Assembly (NCBI GenBank): GCA_023250205.1 | Contig: JAHFBE010000002.1 | Coordinates: forward strand, 4,084-68,083 | Length of the DNA stretch: 64,000 nt | Direction of reading: 5' to 3' | Source of the DNA: Candidatus Melainabacteria bacterium | Lineage (GTDB): Bacteria; Cyanobacteriota; Vampirovibrionia; 2-02-FULL-35-15 | Part shown: one piece after another, positions 61,301 through 64,000 of the stretch | Position numbering within the stretch: the first letter of the stretch is position 1 | Layout: each line of letters starts with the position of its first letter | Made by a program: the position numbers and the translations under genes | Notes under the pieces: model-generated | Told to the model about the DNA's origin: nothing | Seen by the model: only the letters and a program-made list of their open reading frames with translations | The model's database searches: none

Positions 61301-63545
61301 AATCCACATAGATTTTTCCTAATAACTGGGGTTTAATTTCTTCTTCTGATCTGGTGAAATCTGTATTATCAATAATAGTTTGCCTCTTTTTCGGTTGCTC
61401 AATTAGAAGGTGTGTAAGACCTTCATTCTTTAAACTTGCAAATAATGTAGCTAGCTTGTTTCTAAAAGTATCAAGTTCAGCAATGTGATACTCACCTATC
61501 AACAATACTTTTACTTCTGGTTTTTTAACCTGCTCTATAAGTATGTCCTTTAAAGGCTTAGCAGTTGCTTTTATATGATCTATTATTTCTTTAAATATTG
61601 CATCTTTTTCTTCATCTGTAAAATCTTTAAATGGTTTTTGTTCAACATAAAGTGTGGACCTAGAACTTGTATAAAACTCACCTTCTTCTTCTGTTCCAAT
61701 AAGACAATCACTACTGTCAAGTGGACATATAGCAAACAAGTCTTCAGTCGGCTCAGGAGTAGTTTCGCTATTGTCTGGTTGAAGATTTTCTGTATTAGTA
61801 GTTGGTTGTATCTCTGGAATAATGGTTGAATTAGGAGTTTCTGCTGGTTGTTCGGTAGTTGTTGTTGTTGAAGCAGGTTCAATAGGATTATTTTCAACGG
61901 GAGGAGTAACAGTTGTATCAGTTGATAAGGTTGTTTCAGTACTTGTTTCAATTGTAGGGAGTGACTCAGGGGTTATAGAAGGAGCAGGTGTTATTGTAGG
62001 TTCTGTAGGTTGTTCAGTAGTAAGATCTATGGCAGATAGAACACATTCGCTATTTATACAGATCAATCCTTGTAGACAATCAGCATTAGTAACGCAAGAT
62101 GCATTTCCAGTCCCTGGTGAAGAACCTAAGCTATCACTGAGTCCTGGTTGGGTTTCAGTAGTCAAAGCAGTAGAGGTAGATTCCTGAGATATGGTCTTGG
62201 TATTTTCTGTTGATTGAGTATTTGAAATAGGTTCAGTAGTAGTAGGTGTTGGAGGAGGAAGTGTCTCACACAGACAAGTATCACCGATACTTTGACAGGT
62301 TTGTCCTTCTGGACAACTACCTTCACTGCACTGCGGAAAAGCAGTTTGATCACAATCAGTAAAAGGTGCAGGACGAATCAACCCATCTTCATTGCATAGT
62401 CCATAATCAACAACTCTTCTATCAGTTCCTGTGCAATACTCTCTTGGCATTAAGGAGATTACTCTGACTGTCTCACTGCCACTAGGAATATCTAAATTAG
62501 TAAAATCGTCAGGGAAACCAATCTGAGAAGAAGGAGGATAAGGAAGAGGAGAATAATTGTATTCACAGCACACTCGTATGGGAGGAGAAAGCACGGCAGT
62601 AAAATCATTTGTAATTTCTTGTGTGGGTATTATTTCAGCTGTTGTTGTTGATTCAGAAGTTATAGGACTTTCGGTAGTTATAGTTGATTCTGGGAGTGTA
62701 TCTGAGTTAGTAGAAGTAGATCTTGTTGGTTCATAGATAAAAGCTTCTCCTGCAATACCGGGATTAATAATTTGAATTTCCTCAAGCTGAGACTGAGAAG
62801 ATTCAGTAGTAGTAGTTTCAGTATTTGGAATATTAGTAGAACCAGAATCATCAAGAGGAAGATAGCAAGTGTTTCCAATATACTCTCCAATCTCAGAATC
62901 ATTGGGGTTGAAGGAACATGTACACCTGACGCCTTCTGGAAAGGTTACTCCAGGACAACGACAAAACCTATCTTCTTCTATAGAGCCAGTACATTGAACT
63001 ACTTCATGTGATTGCCGAATTAAATCTAATACTAAACAACTACCTCTACAGACACTCCTATCTGTGGGGTTTTGTATAGGATAAATCACATCGCAACAGG
63101 TGTTACATCTAGCTCGGTTTGGAATATTAAGACACAAAGCACCACATGCGGAATTAGGAACAACTCGACCAGATCTATTTCTTCTTCCAGTCCCATTTAT
63201 ACAATCTTCTTCTGTTTCCATAAATCTTTCTGTGGGTACACTCATTTCCATGATGTCTATATTGGTACTGGTAAATTCGCCAGTGAGATCAGTAGAAAGA
63301 TTATATCCAGGATACTCACAGCAGATTAGTGGTGGTGGTGGCGGAACAATGAATGCTGTTGGATTTAGTTTGGAATCATCATCAGTAGTAGTAGATTCTA
63401 AAAATATGTCTGAATTAGTAGAAACTTCAGTGCATAACTTAATTTGATCCTTTGCATGGGCCGGATAACAATTCATAAACAGTGAATTCTCAGTGCAAAG
63501 TGAGAAAAAAAGGATAAATATAAATCCGAATAAGAATTTTTTCAT
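58398..63545 (-). CDS. 1715-aa secreted modular protein: Cys-rich N-terminal modules, Thr/Pro/Glu linkers, a central GExH domain and a large C-terminal domain
   Basis: Signal-like MKKFLFGFIFILFFSLC and two CCEY-containing Cys modules. A block of about 136 aa (ASCVTNADCLQGLICINSECV + T/P/E linker) is duplicated. VLLIGEYH lies between the two copies. Confidence 0.75.
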   Translation of the reverse strand: MKKFLFGFIFILFFSLCTENSLFMNCYPAHAKDQIKLCTEVSTNSDIFLESTTTDDDSKLNPTAFIVPPPPPLICCEYPGYNLSTDLTGEFTSTNIDIMEMSVPTERFMETEEDCINGTGRRNRSGRVVPNSACGALCLNIPNRARCNTCCDVIYPIQNPTDRSVCRGSCLVLDLIRQSHEVVQCTGSIEEDRFCRCPGVTFPEGVRCTCSFNPNDSEIGEYIGNTCYLPLDDSGSTNIPNTETTTTESSQSQLEEIQIINPGIAGEAFIYEPTRSTSTNSDTLPESTITTESPITSESTTTAEIIPTQEITNDFTAVLSPPIRVCCEYNYSPLPYPPSSQIGFPDDFTNLDIPSGSETVRVISLMPREYCTGTDRRVVDYGLCNEDGLIRPAPFTDCDQTAFPQCSEGSCPEGQTCQSIGDTCLCETLPPPTPTTTEPISNTQSTENTKTISQESTSTALTTETQPGLSDSLGSSPGTGNASCVTNADCLQGLICINSECVLSAIDLTTEQPTEPTITPAPSITPESLPTIETSTETTLSTDTTVTPPVENNPIEPASTTTTTEQPAETPNSTIIPEIQPTTNTENLQPDNSETTPEPTEDLFAICPLDSSDCLIGTEEEGEFYTSSRSTLYVEQKPFKDFTDEEKDAIFKEIIDHIKATAKPLKDILIEQVKKPEVKVLLIGEYHIAELDTFRNKLATLFASLKNEGLTHLLIEQPKKRQTIIDNTDFTRSEEEIKPQLLGKIYVDFIPLVIAAKKAGLKVNCIDTDVVALDDDLYKFIPRKLREDTIEENVINISKATTNFKALIYYGNSHTAKKPVQSFDGKYLSPLGERLVNQFGNNAVISFHTFINSLNFDRRIALSQKPMLEDILPKLQDWLKDKTNFDVIVVPIAEPAFKNFYNDYAIFQTKTAILPGTGSTHSPSTEPTLAPEPSPGTITTTETQSTTTTETQPGLSDSLGSSPGTGNASCVTNADCLQGLICINSECVLSAIDLTTEQPTEPTITPAPSITPESLPTIETSTETTLSTDTTVTPPVENNPIEPASTTTTTEQPAETPNSTIIPEIQPTTNTENLQPDNSETTPEPTASSLAETEPTQELTPTLNTNDNPVNVYTATTNVCEEINCPEGFKCFDDGSGTPQCIHEPDDVPDDAPISPLQAALGFESNNSCLLPADLTVKLDDGVEESIFNRGATIETLSASCPYLSSPQVEPPNITRHIDVFDLSSNCAQCSSFVKDLIYAYYDGDPSAGSSLCSLPPEELNNCVVLEARDQAIHYQPVPPELEPWLEIINTVLSPITDAQNRETYNMQGYISLTINERDSLLKRWPQATTKYYAATWQHLFAYAGWFPRDLTLMFPPVPPQAGGNGNWVRVRYNNRADLLAAMISPAQALTDYENAITMGTNFWPDIAGIDGPIDPVNEVFGRRNAGSLNYEFMVASVQNGPPSNRTYKPYYHANFVDPFPLFLFSRLINSSGNLSDAFQNTLNNWVAHLGKAFQPPMPIQIPSSPSWGVPPNPASPVYRFAIIIKGTVQGENNQPPLFSFISDIAQALGIIQGPDPEAERFIKEKTVAYIEHILRNRLNYPANNVAIYDVSGDTLPDVMALQTKINATLTTARTLRTNNPNAKIELAFYFHGHGRSIRPEQVMAGQQPINNAWFKEGGLEHEFWLGGNNSLFEGTLKDFANGYVKSNDNPTVNDRIFDRIDFIDGSCESGAGVY
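60295..60704 (-). repeat. 410-bp direct repeat, copy 1 (inside the 1715-aa gene)
   Basis: Identical to 61753-62162 except for one mismatch (60693 C versus 62151 G). The shadow ORFs 60364..60717 and 61822..62187 translate identically for about 108 aa. Confidence 0.9.
61753..62162 (-). repeat. 410-bp direct repeat, copy 2
   Basis: The offset from copy 1 is exactly 1458 bp, which is 486 codons. Confidence 0.9.
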
Positions 63546-63702
63546 AGGTTATCCCTGAAAGGCATCCTTCAGTCATATACCTCTACCGGAAGCTGGTTAA
63601 TCAGGAGTTGCAAAATAAGGGGTTATTTATGGAATTAGTAGATTAATACTATGTAAGGTTTAAAATGGCTACCCCTTTTTGATAAGATTTTATGGAATGC
63701 AA

Positions 63703-64000
63703 ATGATTAAATCAAAAGTACAACCTATTCTTTGGAAAGAAGACAAGATTCTTCTTTTAGATCAGAGAATATTACCTTATGAAAAGAAATATCTTGAAAT
63801 CACATCATATAAAGAAGTAATAAAAGCAATTCAAAATATGACACTTCGTGGAGCACCGTTAATTGGAATTGCTGCTGCATATGGGATGGCTTTGGCTGTA
63901 AAAGAATTTGGTACTGAAAATTTAAAAAATATTGCTGAAGAAATTAAGCAATCCCGCCCAACAGCAATTAATCTCAAATGGGCAATTGATTTGATCTTGA
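63703..64000 (+). CDS. mtnA: S-methyl-5-thioribose-1-phosphate isomerase (partial; runs off the window end)
   Basis: My translation: MIKSKVQPILWKEDKILLLDQRILPYEKKYLEITSYKEVIKAIQNMTLRGAPLIGIAAAYGMALAV...SRPTAINLKWAIDLIL. Confidence 0.85.
   Translation, partial: MIKSKVQPILWKEDKILLLDQRILPYEKKYLEITSYKEVIKAIQNMTLRGAPLIGIAAAYGMALAVKEFGTENLKNIAEEIKQSRPTAINLKWAIDLIL

Noticed and set aside
1-64000. Scan for tRNA or rRNA genes, transposases or integrases, prophage genes, CRISPR-cas, and toxin-antitoxin or defence-system gene pairs.
   Set aside because: None was recognised in any intergenic region or ORF translation. Absence by eye is not proof, and tRNAscan, Infernal, and DefenseFinder or PADLOC would be the decisive checks.

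Overview
AT-rich bacterial chromosomal window with about 54 protein-coding genes. By eye I found no rRNA, tRNA, CRISPR array, transposase or integrase. The host appears to be a flagellated diderm: it carries lpxI, a flgF/G-flgB/C-fliE-fliF-fliH rod and MS-ring operon, an M23 peptidase, lipoproteins and a di-heme cytochrome c peroxidase. Any lineage guess, such as a candidate-phylum or Melainabacteria-like organism, is speculation only.

Housekeeping genes I recognise:
- ltaE-folB-pabB-pabC
- leuA, pckA, lysC, lpxI, purL
- mtnA (partial)

Four things stand out:
1. An 11.6-kb array of five same-strand paralogous genes (28484-40048) sits divergent from the flagellar operon. The products are secreted, extremely Cys-rich and poly-Ser-linked, and are built from shuffled repeat modules. 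I cannot assign them to any named family.
2. A roughly 100-bp palindromic element family with termini GTCATTGCGAG...CTCGCAATGAC sits in intergenic DNA. It also sits in-frame inside pabB, purL and a thermonuclease-like gene, in copies of 102, 117 and 51 bp. This resembles Rickettsia palindromic elements.
3. A 1715-aa secreted modular protein contains a 410-bp direct repeat with one mismatch. The copies are spaced exactly 1458 bp (486 codons) apart and bracket one domain.
4. A minus-strand block (ABC exporter, metallophosphoesterase-like gene, 2OG-Fe(II) oxygenase) lies beside an OmpR-type regulator whose phospho-acceptor Asp is replaced by Glu. The last two genes of the block share about 130 bp of conserved upstream sequence.

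All calls come from reading the sequence and translations. No database search was run.
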